Shown here one piece after another: positions 38,689-51,540 of a DNA stretch of 64,000 nt. Numbering within the stretch: the first letter of the stretch is position 1; every line of letters starts with the position of its first letter. Origin of the DNA: Felis catus. Its lineage: Eukaryota. The notes beneath the pieces were generated by a model that saw only the letters and a program-made list of their open reading frames with translations, did not search any database and was not told where the DNA came from. The stretch lies in NCBI RefSeq assembly GCF_018350175.1, contig NC_058368.1, positions 19,098,001 to 19,162,000 on the forward strand. Reading direction: 5' to 3'. The translations under genes were made by a program, and so were the position numbers.

Positions 38689-39564
38689 CTGTAGTACAAA
38701 ACAAAAAACATTAGTTTATGCTCCTTCAAAGAGGAGATAGGGATATTTTAAGAGCACAAATTATTTGACTCATCCCATTAAGAATTTTACTTAATGGATT
38801 CTTTAAAATGCATTTACTAGACTGGACTAAGAGGGAAGACATCCAAATTCTATCCTACTTTATACATACAAATGACAAAAGCATCAATGTAGCAATTCAA
38901 GTATAGTAAGAGATATGACCAAACCACTGAACAAGAGGCAAGCATTGCTTTCACATATCGGACAAGAAAAGTGGGATATTTGGCAGTCCTGCTGAGCAAT
39001 AGAAGCCAAATTTGTCACGGCCTTAGAGCCACTTGGCTGTGATGAGTGTAAAAGAGGAGTTTGTGAGAGAGAGAGATGGGCCCCCTAATTTGGCCTGTAA
39101 ACTCATCATCTGGCTTTACATCCACAGTAGAATCCCAAAGGGCTAGTGGCCTCCACTGTGCAAAGCTGAATTTCCATCCACGTTGCCTTTCTCCCCAATG
39201 TTGGCTCCCTTCAGGCAAGGACACGATGTCCCAGGGAAACCTCCGTCCAATTCTCAGGTAACCCCTCTCAGGCTCTGAGTAATCTGGAGGTAAAAAGTCC
39301 TCCCCTAAAGTGTGAGTATAGCAGTTCAGCAGGAGAGGAGACAAGCAGGCTTCTAAAATGCTCTGGATGAAATGAGGCTGGGGAATTAGTCCCTGCCTCC
39401 CACAGCTGACATGATCCAGGGCTTGGCTCACTTGATCCACCTTTTCATAAAGCCAGCAAGTAGAGAAAAACAGCTGCTGCCTCACCACCAAGCCTTGTTG
39501 ATGGGATGAACATGCTTCAGAGCTCTTGTGTAACTTTTTGGGTGGGGGGAAACTTTATAACTTA

Positions 39565-40495
39565 TCTTTTTCTTTATTTTGATTCAAGTTAGTTAGCATA
39601 TAGTGTGGTATTGGTTTCTAGAGTAGAATCCAGGGATTCATCACTTACACATAACATCGGGGGCTCATCCCAACAAGTGCCCTCCTTAATGCTCATCACC
39701 CATTTAGCCCATCCCCCCACCCACCTCCCCTCCAACAAACCCTCAGTTTGTTCTCTCTAGTTAAGAGTCTCTCATGGTTTGCCTCCCTCTGTTTTTATCT
39801 TATTTTATTTTTCCTTCCTTTCCCACATGTTCATCCGGCTTGTTTCTTAAATTTTACATATGAGCAAAATCATGTATTTGTCTTTCTGATTGACTTCTTT
39901 CACTTAGCATAATACAGTGTAGTTCCATTCACGTTTTTGCAAATGGCAAGATTTCGTTCTTTGTCATGGCTGAGTAATATGCCATCGTGTATATATCTAT
40001 ACCACATCTTTGTCCATTTATCAGTCAATGGACATTGGGGCTCTTTCCATACTTTGGTTATTGTTGATAGCACTGCTATAAACACTGAGGTGCATGTGTT
40101 TTGAATCAGCATCTTTGTGTCTTTGGGATAAATACCCGGTAGTGCAATGGCTGAGTCATAGGGTGGTTCTATTTTTAACTTTTTGAGGAAACTCCATACT
40201 GTTTTCTGGAATGGCTGCACCAGTTTGCCTTTCCAGCAACAGTGCAAAAGTGTTCCTTCTTCTGCATTCTTGCCAACATCTGTTGTTTCCTGAGTTGTCG
40301 CTTTTAGCCATTCTGACAGGTGTGAGGTGGTATCTCATGGGAGTTTTGATTTGCATTTCCCTGATGATGAGTGATGTGGAGCATCTTTTCATGTGTCTGT
40401 TAGCCACCTGGATGTCTTTTTTGGAAAATTGCCTATTCATGTCCTCTGCCCATTTCATCACTGGATTATTTGGTTTTTGGGTGTTGAGTTTGATT
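39565..40495 (-). mobile_element. Truncated felid L1 3' end
   Basis: ORF2 C-terminus ([30 protein letters not shown]) plus 3'UTR. Confidence 0.93.
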
Positions 40496-40656
40496 CTCAC
40501 ATACCTTAACATAAATTTTTATTTTAACTGAGGTAGGGGTTGTTCAGACCTATTATTTAGTATTTAATACACTGTCAGCTTTTATTTAGATTCAACTCTC
40601 AGGGAGAGTTTACATTTGTACTTCACACACATATTCCTTTTAATAATGTGCATGTA

Positions 40657-40876
40657 GGGGCGCCTGGGTGGCTCAGTTGGTTGAGTGACCGACTTCAACT
40701 CAGGTCATGATCTCACGGTTTGTAAGTTCGAGCACCACATCGGACTCTGTGCTGACAGCTCAGAGCCTGGAACCTGCTTCGGATTCTGTGTCTCCCTCTC
40801 TCTCTCTCTGCCCCTCCCCCGCTCATGCTCTGTCTCTGTCTCAGAAATAAATAAACATTAAAAAAATAATTAAAAA
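40657..40876 (+). mobile_element. SINEC_Fc-type SINE
   Basis: TSD aataatgt(g/a)catgta at 40642-40656 and 40877-40891. Confidence 0.95.
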
Positions 40877-41074
40877 AATAATGTACATGTAGACACATCA
40901 GCTGCCTGGCTCTACTTTGCAAACCCTTTAAGCTTTACCTGTTGAAGGAACTATCCATAATAAGTTGCTGGAAACTAGAGTATCAGTTGCAACAATAAAA
41001 TTAAAGCCCACTCTAGTAGAAACTGGGATTTGGATTGTTTTCTCGTGGACCATGTGGACCATGCCTCCTCTTTA

Positions 41075-41308
41075 TTTATTTTTAAAAAAAAAATTTTTTT
41101 TTTCAACGTTTATTTATTTTTTTGGGACAGAGAGAGACAGAGCATGAACGGGGGAGGGGCAGAGAGAGAGGGAGACACAGAATCAGAAACAGGCTCCAGG
41201 ATCCGAGCCATCAGCCCAGAGCCCGACGCGGGGCTCGAACTCACGGACCGCGAGATCGTGACCTGGCTGAAGTCGGACGCTTAACCGACTGCGCCACCCA
41301 GGCGCCCC
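41075..41308 (-). mobile_element. Young SINEC_Fc-type SINE
   Basis: Perfect TSD gcctcctcttta at 41063-41074 and 41309-41320. Confidence 0.96.
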
Positions 41309-41439
41309 GCCTCCTCTTTAACAAAGAGGAACACATTCACATTTGGTTGGGTTGACTTGGTAATTATTTTGGGATGCTTCTCAGAGCAGTACAAAACAGC
41401 TTTATAATAGGTAAAAAAAAAAAAATCAGTGAAACTTAC

Positions 41440-41601
41440 CCTTCTACATATACTCGAAGAAGAACATCCAAGACAAAAAATAAAGAAATAGCTAAAGAAA
41501 TTAAATGAATTTCCATAGGAATATATATTGCGTTTTTAGTGACAAGCAGGTCTGTAATGACGAGGGACAAATCCACAAAGATAAGCAAAATTCCAAATAT
41601 T
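41440..41601 (-). CDS. TPTE2: TPTE2 exon, S1-S2
   Basis: ttgtag|AATATTT...GAAGG|gtaagt; 162 nt; IFGILLIFVDLSLVITDLLVTKNAIYIPMEIHLISLAISLFFVLDVLLRVYVE. Confidence 0.95.
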
Positions 41602-42114
41602 CTACAACAGATAAACAGAATAAAGATAAAATGGTTTTCACTCCTAAAGTTAGACCATATTTAGGTCAATGATCTGATAACAAAATGTAATTTAGGATTA
41701 AATTATCCACTGGTAGGGAATACTGTGTTGCCTTAAAATATCAAAAAAAATTACTAAGTTTTCGCCCAATGGAAGCAGTTATTAGAGAATTAAAATCTCT
41801 CCCATACCATTTCATGTTATCATGTCCTTTTATAAAAGACCTATCAGACTAACCCTCTAAGACAGCACAGGCAACCTGAATTAAAATTACACGTCCCCAC
41901 TTGTGAACTCTTCTTAAAATCTGAGAATTTTTTAAGGGGTTTCTACCAATTTCTCATAAAAAATAAAACCACATTCATACTGATTAACTTTTACAAATTT
42001 AGCAATAAAAACCAAGTGAAAGCATGACTAACATAACCTTAAAAGACCTCTTTGACCACTACGATGTTTTATCAGTGAGATTTTCAATAAGTATATGATG
42101 CTTATTGCTTCATA

Positions 42115-42185
42115 TACTTATATAGATGCTTCTAGCACAGTGCTAGGCACATGAGAAGGAATCATACCATATACATGATTAAACT
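42115..42185 (+). mobile_element. L2 3' end fragment
   Basis: ctagcacagtgctaggcacat. Confidence 0.55.
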
Positions 42186-42757
42186 CTAAAGTACCTCCTA
42201 AGCCTTCCTCTCATATATTCTAAACACATTCTTCATAAACTGAGTACACTACTTGTATAATCTATGAAGATACATTCATTAGCCTTCAAAATACTTTTTA
42301 AAAATTACAATGCAAATTAAAATATTATAAATTTAAAAGGAAGCAAGTATATTGTGTGACTCTGTATGATAGCATGAAATAAATCTTACTATCATGTAGA
42401 GAAGAAGCCTGAGTAAAATGGTCCCAGAATTAAGGAGTATTTCTAGACAAATAAAGTGTCTAATAAAAACACTTAAAGAATTTTTAAAAGCATGCTTCAT
42501 TATTTTTACTTTTACAGGTAGAAAAAACATACTAATATGTTACTATTAGGCTTACGTAAATATCATTTCTTTGAATTTCTCAATGTCCAGCTGAAACTAA
42601 AATTTCAATACAAATTATGTTACATAAAATGGGGCACAAGAGTTATTTAGCAACATACTGACAGTGAAAATGTGTTTCCCCCTCCCAGGTCCTTTATCAT
42701 TAAAAATATTAAATATTATGCATATTTAATTTCCTCCCTTTCTAGGGTCTCACATAC

Positions 42758-42805
42758 CTGAATGTGAGTGATGATACAAGTGAGTACACAATTCTCTTAA
42801 TCATG
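42758..42805 (-). CDS. TPTE2: TPTE2 exon, pre-S1 helix (MIKRIVYSLVSSLTF)
   Basis: ttgttgcag|CATGATT...TTCAG|gtatgt; 48 nt; matches human KIKKIVHSIVSSFAF. Confidence 0.92.
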
Positions 42806-43129
42806 CTGCAACAAAAAGAAGTAAAAATTAAATTCCAGAGTCTTCAAATTTATCACAGATTTCTTCTAATATGGAATATGAATTTAGCCAATAAAAAAGG
42901 ATTCTAGAAACATAGTTTTAAAAGAAAGTTCTTCAGAAGTTGCATAACAAAATGCTGTTTACTAGGATTTTCATTGTTCTGCTTCATGATTTTTAAGTTT
43001 TCATATGTGGAATAAATTCAAATAAAACTCTAAGCTGTGTTTAGTAGTATTTCCCTGGCCTGCAAAGCCCCAATCCCAATTTTATGGTAATATTAAGTTG
43101 GGGTCATCAACTAAAGCAAGATAATGTAG

Positions 43130-43300
43130 AGACAGAAAGGCGTGGTAGAGAGATAGGCATTCCAGCTCTCCCATAGATGAGCTGAGGGATCCTGTGCAAG
43201 TTATCAAACCTTGGCCAGGTCTGTTTCCACAGCAGCCAAATAAAGGACTTCAGGGATAGGTAGGGAATAAATGATACTCTTGTCCTATAATGTTCATCTC
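43130..43300 (+). mobile_element. MIR fragment
   Basis: tccagctctccca...gctgag.gatcctgtgcaagttatcaaacct...tctgtttccac. Confidence 0.6.
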
Positions 43301-46300
43301 TTGAAAAAAGATATCCCATAACACAACAGTTAATCATTAATGAGAATCACATTGGGGGTGCAAGTGCACTTTGGAGATAAAGAATTTTAGTAAGATATAT
43401 TCCAAAGGAGAAACACCCTAGAGATTGGGCTCCTTCCATTAATAGGAGGAGGAGAAGCCTGTTTGATGGGGCCTTCAAGTTATGCTTCATTTTACTCTAT
43501 GACTGGAGACAAGGTAGCCACTGGGGAGCAATTTATTGCCCTGCAGACGCCTACAATGTGGGACCCAAACTCCTCTCCGGTGGCATCAATGTCAAAGCAG
43601 TGTTCATAGCCTGTACCCAAGACTGAACTAAACAATGGAGTGAACATATGCTGAATAGAACTGGGCACTCCCAAAATTGGCCACAGATGAATGGCAAAGC
43701 AGAGATATAAGAGCTTCCTCCTTTCTGCAAATTCTCCCTCCTCCACCTGCATCCACCACCTCTGCCCAGGCTTAGGAAGCTCAGGATAATGTGGATGTGT
43801 GCCTGATTGGCCAAAAGAGGTGAATTGCATAGAGGTTGCCATTTTCTTAAAACATGCCCTTCTGATCCCACACAGACCGGATCTCTGGGTAGTGAAGAAA
43901 TATTATGATAAACTGGAACTTGCTTGACAAAGTGACTACAGAGAACCATGCAGAGAATCATGAGGCACAAAGGGGGTGCTTTAATTCCCCTACCTCTTTC
44001 AGGGCTTCCCCAAACTACTTCAAGTAAATGTACAATTGAGATTTTTAAAAAAGAGCATGTTAAGTGTATAGCTTTAAACAACGTGTGTGGAGTTTGCAGG
44101 GAAAGAACTGTAACTCAGTAATTCTATAGAACTGTTCACATTTGAAGGAGAAGCACTGTTCATGTTTGAAAGGAACAGAAAAACACCCCCAACATGCCAC
44201 AGTTCAAAACATAGCAGGCATGCGTCTCTCCTAAAAACAATTACTCAAAGAAGTGCTCAACTGAGCGATGAATCAAAATGAAGAACTCAGGAATAAGGAA
44301 GCTACCTCACAGGGAAAACGTGTTAAGAAATCATAAAAATTCAGAACTAAGTCTAAATAATCATTGTTAGTGTTGCATGTGGCAATGTAAACAAATGATT
44401 CTAAAACCAAGGATAAATAACATGAAATTCTCCATAATAGCATGGCTTTAATATTGCAGGTTATCTAGAGACTTCTAGGAAGATGTTGGAGTAGGAGGAT
44501 ACTCAGCTCACCTTGGGCACACCAGGATAGCAGCCACATCAGTGTCACTAACCCAGAAAATGACCCAAAGACTGGCAGGACAGACTTTCCATAGTTCATT
44601 ATAGAGAGGAGGCCACATTGAAAAAGGGGATGTGGAGTGAGATGCAGACGGGAACAAAAGTCCTGCTGAGACTAACCACCAACAGGAAGGATCCTGCCTG
44701 GAAAAGGGAGAGGAGCAGACTCCACAGCAGGTACCCCAGTCATGGGGGGCCTGCACTGGTAAGATGAGTCTCCAAAACATTTGGCTTTGAAAATCAGTGG
44801 GGCTTAACTTTGTGAGTTTGTACAACCAGCAGGGCTTAACTCAGAGTACTTTAAAAATCAGTGGGCTTAGTTCTGGGAGAGCCAGAGGGTGATAGGAAAC
44901 TGAGTCCTTGCCCTTAAAGAGCCAGAACAACAAACAATCCCACCGAGATAAGCATAGAAGCATCAGGTTGAAAAATACCTGGGGTACAGTGAATGAGATT
45001 TATTTACTAATCTCAGAGTGTGTGCTAGAGAGTAGGGCTCCTTAGTGAGATCCCTGGGAGATCCAGGGAGAGTGGGACCATTTGCCCCCTCCCCAGCCTA
45101 GATAGCCTGGCACTTGTGGGAACCAGTGGGAACACTCTTCACCTGCCTTGCTAACACTATGCACCTGGCCCTCATGTTCTCCTGTGAATCTGCCACATTC
45201 AACATGCCCCACTCAGAGGGGCTCCCTTCAAAGCGGCATTTGCCCCGAGGAGAGGGGAAGAGAACTACACACACCAATTCCACTGCAGTCCCAGCAGTTG
45301 AAACTTATAACTGGCAGTACAGAGTGCCCTGTCAGCCAATGTACATGCCCCACCTGAGCAGATGGACTGGGGGCAGGCATCTGATGTGATTGCCATCCAC
45401 CAATAAAAACTTCCCAGGGGGCAGCACAGGAAGAGAGACCAACAGTTTGGGCCACCGCAGTTCTGGAAGATAAACTGGGGGGAGGCATTTAGATAGTCTG
45501 CAGGCCCCACCCACCAACCAAAGTTTCTCACAGTACAACACAAGGCGAGTGCCCTGAGTTCAGTGTGACTACAGTCCCAGCAAATGGGTTGAAGCCAGGC
45601 ATCTTTTCTGACTGCTGACACCACTCAACTGCAAGTCCACAGCGGCCCCAGACTGGCCCCTTAACAGCAGAGGAACCACACCCTGCTTACTACAGGCAAC
45701 ATAGGCCATTGTAGCCAACTGGACTGAAAGGAAATGAGGCTTAACCACAAGAGTAGAATGCATGCAATCCACGTAGGAGATACCTATTTTTGGTAAACAG
45801 GCACTACGGAGCCTCTTATTCATAACGCCACTACTTTCAAGGTCAAGAGACATAACTGACTTTCCTGATACATAGAAACAAACACAGTGAGTTAGATAAA
45901 GTAAGGGAACAGAGGACTATGTCATAAATGAAAGGACAGGACAAAACTACAGCAAAAGAGCTAAAAGGAAACATAGATAAGCAATATGCCTGATAAAAAA
46001 GTCTAAGTAATGGTCACAAAGATACTTACTGGAAAAAAAAAAGACTGGAGGACCTCAGGGAGAACTGTAAAAAGATATAAAATATAACAAAGAACCAATC
46101 AGAAGTGAAGAACTCAATAACTGAAATTAAAAAAAAAAAACACTAGAGGGAATAAAGAATAGAGGCAGAAGAATGGATTAGCAAGCTAGAAGATAGAATA
46201 ACAGAAAGCAACCAAGCTTAACAACAACAACACAAAAGAATAAAAATGTGAATAGGTTAAGGGAATCAAGCAAAATCATCAAGCATAGTAACATTCACAT

Positions 46301-48188
46301 TATAGGAATCCCAAAAGGAGAAGAGAGGGACAAGGGGGCAGAAAATTTATTTGAGGATATCATAGTTGAAAACTGCTCATATCTGGGGACAGAAACAGGT
46401 ACCCAGATCCAGGAGGCACAGAGAGCTCCCAACAAAATTAATACAAAGAATTCCACACCATGACACATAACATTTAAAAGGCCAAAGGTAGTGATAAAAA
46501 GATTTTTCAAAGCAGCAAAGGAAAATAAAGCAGTTACATAAAAAGGAAATCCCATAAGACTATCAGCTGGTTTTTCAGCAGAGACTTTGCAGGGAAGAAG
46601 AGAGTGGCATAATATATTCAAAGTGCTGAAAGGAAAAAAACCTACAGTCAAAAATATTCTACCCAGCATGGCTGTCATTCAGAATAGGAGAGAGCAAGAG
46701 TTTCCCAGAAAAAAGTGAAAGGAGTTCATTACTACTAAGCAAGTCTTACAAGAAATGTTAAAGGAAATTCTTTCAGTGGAGAGAAAAGGCCATTATCAAA
46801 AGTAAGAAAATTATGAAAGGAAAAAATTCCACAGGTAAATACAAACATAGTAAGTAGACTAGTTACTTATAAAGCCAGTATGGAGGTTAAAGCAAAAAGC
46901 AGCAAAATCAAATATATCTATAAAAATCATTCAAGGGATTCACAAAATAAAAGGATGCAAAGTATGACATCATATACATAAAACACAGGGTGTGTAAAAC
47001 TTTAGTGCTTTTAGAAAGGGTTCAAACTTAAGCAACCACCAATTTAATATAGACTGCTATGTGCATAAGATGTTATACATGAAACTAATAATCACAAATC
47101 AAACAGCTGTAATAGATTATGCAAAAAATAAAGAGAAAGGAATCCAAGGATATCACTAAATGAGACATCAAACCACAAGGGAGAGAGCAAGAGAAGGAAC
47201 AGAGAAGAACTACAAAAACAACTGTAAAACAAATAAGTACATATACCTATTAATAATTACTTAAAATGTAAATGAACTAAATTTTCCAATAAAAAGACAG
47301 AGTGACTGAATGGATAAAAATATCTATCTATATGCTGCCTACAAGAGACTCATTTCAGATCTAAAGACATACAGATTGAAAGTGAGGGAATGGAAAAACA
47401 TTTACCATACAAATGGAAGCAAATGGCTGGGATAGCAATACTTACATAAAAAAAGTCTTTAAACAAAGAGACAAAGAGACATAATGATAAAGGGAACAAA
47501 CTAACAAGAAAACATAACTGTATGCATCCAAATATAAATTATGCACTCAACTTGGGAGAACATAAATCCATAAAGCAACTATTAACATATATAAAGCAAG
47601 AAATTGAGAGTAACAGCATGATAGTAGGGGACTTTACTACCCCCATTTACATCAATGGACAGATTATCCAGACAGAAAATTAACAAGGAAACTGTGGTTT
47701 TTGAATGACTCATTGGATCAGATGGACCTAACACATATATTCAGAACACTCCATCCTAAAACAGCAGAATATACATTCTTTTTGAGTGCACATGGAACAT
47801 TCTCCAGAATAGATAACATGTTAGGCCACAAATCAAATCTCAACAAATTCAAAAGGATTGAAATCATATCATAATGTTTTCCGACCACAATGGTGTGAAA
47901 CCAGAAATAAATTTTGGATGCAACAAAAGTTGTTCTGAGAGGAAAGATCATAACAATACAGGCCTACCTAAACTACCACAAAATATCTCAAATGAACAAC
48001 CTAACCTTACACCTAAAGGAACTGGAAAAAGGACAAAGCCCAAAGCCAGTAGAAGGAAAGAAATAATAAAGATTAGAGCAGAAATAAGTGAAATGGAGAC
48101 TAAAACAAAAACAAAAACAGTAGAACAGATAAATGAAAGCAGAAACTGGTTCTTTGAAAAGATCAACAAAATTGGTAAACCTTTAGTC

Positions 48189-48229
<41 letters not shown>

Positions 48230-48351
48230 AAGAGCAAGAGAGCACACACAAGGGCGAGTGCATGCAAATAAATTCAGAAATGAAAGAGGGAAGAGAATGA
48301 CCAACACACAAAAATACCATTATAAGAGAATATCATAAAAAATGATATGCA

Positions 48352-48563
48352 GGGGCGCCTGGGTGGCGCAGTCGGTTAAGCATCCGACTTCAGCCAGGTC
48401 ACGATCTTGGGGTCCGTGAGTTCGAGCCCCGCGTCAGGCTCTGGGCTGATGGCTCAGAGCCTGGAGCCTGTTTCCGATTCTGTGTCTCCCTCTCTCTCTG
48501 CCCCTCCCCCGTTCATGCTCTGTCTCTCTCTGTCCCAAAAATAAATAAACATTGAAAAAAAAA
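48352..48563 (+). mobile_element. Young SINEC_Fc-type SINE
   Basis: TSD aaaaat(g/t)atatgca. Confidence 0.95.
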
Positions 48564-48759
48564 TTATATGCAAACAAACTGGACAACCGACAAGAACTGG
48601 AGAATTACTAGAAACATAACATCCCAAAACTGAATCAGGAAGACATCAAAAATTTGAACAGACCAATTACTAGCATGAAATTGATTCAGTAATCGAAACT
48701 ACTCCTGATAAACAAAAGCCCAGGACCAGATGGATTTACAGGGGAATTCTATTAAACAC

Positions 48760-48978
48760 TTTTTAAAAATTTTTTTAAATGTTTATTTATTTTTGAGACA
48801 GACAGAGACAGAATGTGAGCTGGTTAGGGGCAGAGAGAGAGGGAGACAGAATCTGAAGCAGGCTCCAGGCTCCAAGCTGTCAGCACAGAGCCCGACGTGG
48901 GACTCGAACTCATGAGCTGTGAGATCAAGACCTGAGCCGAAGTCGGTTGCTCAACCAACTGAGCCACTCAGACGTCCC
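48760..48978 (-). mobile_element. Can-SINE
   Basis: Reverse SINE; TSD tctattaaaca. Confidence 0.93.
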
Positions 48979-51307
48979 TCTATTAAACATTTAAAGAAGA
49001 GTTAATACCTATTCTTCTCAAATTATTCTAAAAATAGAAGAGGAAGGAAAGCTTCCAAATTCATTCTATAAGGTCAGCATTATCCTGATACCAAAACCTG
49101 ATAAATACACTACAAAAAAAAGAATTAGAGGCCAATATCTTGATGAACACAGATGCAAAATTCCTCAACAAAATGGTAACAAATCAAATCCAACAATGCA
49201 TTAAAATTTTTTTCACCACAATCAAGTGGGATTTATTCCAGGGATGCAAGAGTGGGCCAATATTCACAAATCAATGTGATACAACATATCAACCAGAGAA
49301 AGGATCAAACATATATGGCTATTTCAATTGATGCAGAAAAGGCACCTGATAAAATACAACATACATTTATGATAAAAACTCAATAAAAGTAGCTTTAGAG
49401 GGAACATACCTCAATAAAATAGAGGCCATATATGACAAACCCACAATAACATCATAATCAATGGTGAAAACTGAGAGCTTTTCCTCTAAGATATAGAACA
49501 AGACAAGGATGTCCACTCTCGCCATTTTTATTCAACATGGTACTGAAAGTCCTAGCCACAGCAATCAGACAAGAAAAAAGAAACAAAAGGAATTTAAATT
49601 GGTAAAGAGAATATTAGAGTCTCTGCTTACAGATGACCTAAAACTATATGTAGAAAACCCTAAAGACTCCACCAAAACTACTATAACTGATAAAGTCAGT
49701 AAAGTCCCACAATACCAAATTAATATACAGAAATCTGTTGCACTTCTATACACTAATAAAGAAATAGCACAAAGACAAATTAAGAAAACAATCCCATTTG
49801 TAACTGCACCAAAAAGAATAAACTACCTAGGAATAAACTTACCCAAGGAGATGGAAGACCTGTACTCTGAATACTATCAAACATCGATGAAAAAAGGAAA
49901 GCAAACAAATGGAAGCCATTCCATGGTCATGGACTGGGAAAACAAATATTGTTAAAATAGCCATACTACCCAAAGCAATCTACATATTTAATGTAATCCC
50001 TATCAGAGCACCAAAAGCACTTTTCACAGAACTAGAACAAATAATCCTAAAAATTTGTTTGGGACCACAAGAGACATCAAATAGCCTAATCAGTCTTGAC
50101 AAACAACAACAAAGTTGGAAGTGTCATAATCCCAGATATCAAGATACACTACAAAGTTGTAGCAATCACAATAGTATAGTATTGGCACCAAAACAGACAT
50201 GCAAAGGGAACAGAACAGAGAGCCCAGAAATAAACCCATACTTTTATGGCAAATTAATCTACAACAAAGGAGGCAAGCATATACCATGGGGAAAAGATTG
50301 TCTTTTTAACAAATGGTGTCAGGAAAACTGGACAGCTACATATAAAGGAGTGAAACTGGACCACTTTCTTACACCACACACATGAACAAACTCACAACAG
50401 ATTAAGGGCCTAAATATGAGACCTCAAATTATAAAGTTCAATGAAGAAAACATAGGCAGTAATTTCTTTGAGATCAGCCATAGCAACATTTTTCTATATA
50501 TGTCACCTAACGTGAGGAAAACCAAAGCAAAATGAAACAGCTTGGACAACATCAAAATTAAGAGCTCTTGTAGAGTCAAGGAAACAATCAACCAAATGAA
50601 AAGACACCTGTCTGAATGTGAAAGGATATTTGCAAATTACATACCTGAAAAACAGGGTTAGTATCCAAAATATATAAAGAACTTACACAACTCAACACCA
50701 AAAAACCCCAAACAATCCAATTAAAAAATGGGCAGAAGACATTTCTCCAACAAGACATACAGATAGCCAACAGATACATGAAAAGATGCTCAACATCACT
50801 TATTATTAGGGAAATGCAAATCAAAACCACAATGACCTATCTCCTCACACCTGTCAGAATTGCTAAAATCAAGCACACAAGAAACACGTGTTGGTGAGGC
50901 TGTGGAGAAAAAGGAACCCTCAAGCACTGTAGGTGGCAATACCAGCTGGTGCAGCCACTGTGGAAAACAGATGGATGTTCCTCAAAAAGCTAAAAATAGA
51001 ATTACCATATGATCCATTAATTCTACAACTGAGTATTTACCCCAAAAATATGAATTTGAATGTTTACTGCAACATTATTCACAATAGCCAAATTGTGAAA
51101 GCAAGCCAAGTGTCCATTGATAGATGAATGCTTAAAGAAGAGGTGGAATATATACAAAATGGAATATCATTCAGCCATAAAAAATGAAATTTTGCCATTT
51201 GCAACAACCTGGACAGATCTAGAGAGTATAATGCTAAGTAAAATAAGCCAGAGAAAGACAAATATCAGATGTGGAATTTAAGAAGCAAAACAAACAAACA
51301 GAGACAA

Positions 51308-51469
51308 GGGGTCCCTGGGTGGCTCAATCGGTTAAGTGTCTGACTTGGTTTTGGCTCAGGTCATGATCTCACAGTTTGTGGGTTCAAGCCCTGTACTGGA
51401 CTCTGCACTGGCAGTGCAGAGCCTGCTTGGGATTCTTTCTCTCTTTCCCTCTTCCTCTGCCCCTCCCTT

Positions 51470-51506
<37 letters not shown>

Positions 51507-51540
51507 ATAAATAAATAAACCTAAAAAAATTTTTTTAAAG
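51308..51540 (+). mobile_element. Can-SINE in the L1 3'UTR
   Basis: TSD agagacaa. Confidence 0.92.

Larger units (their letters stand above)
36110..39261 (+). pseudogene. Candidate decayed intelectin/fibrinogen-related lectin-like gene nested antisense in TPTE2 introns
   Basis: Colinear degenerate motifs: signal peptide, RKRR, AARx*EIKADFPLSG; CDM; DGSLSNF...DYRKNPG; AK...PNKQP; GGNF; ICHGLRAT/GC; HC...SPQC...SGKD. One clean GT-AG intron at 38214-38328. Stops and frameshifts throughout. By-eye similarity only. Confidence 0.4.

Noticed and set aside
38165..38926. 14-nt direct repeat atatgaccaaacca at 38165 and 38913
   Set aside because: No extended similarity or enclosed element; compatible with chance.
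39015..39491. 158-aa minus-strand ORF as a nested gene
   Set aside because: No ATG start, no recognisable domain or splice support. Likely chance, or the shadow of plus-strand decayed coding sequence.
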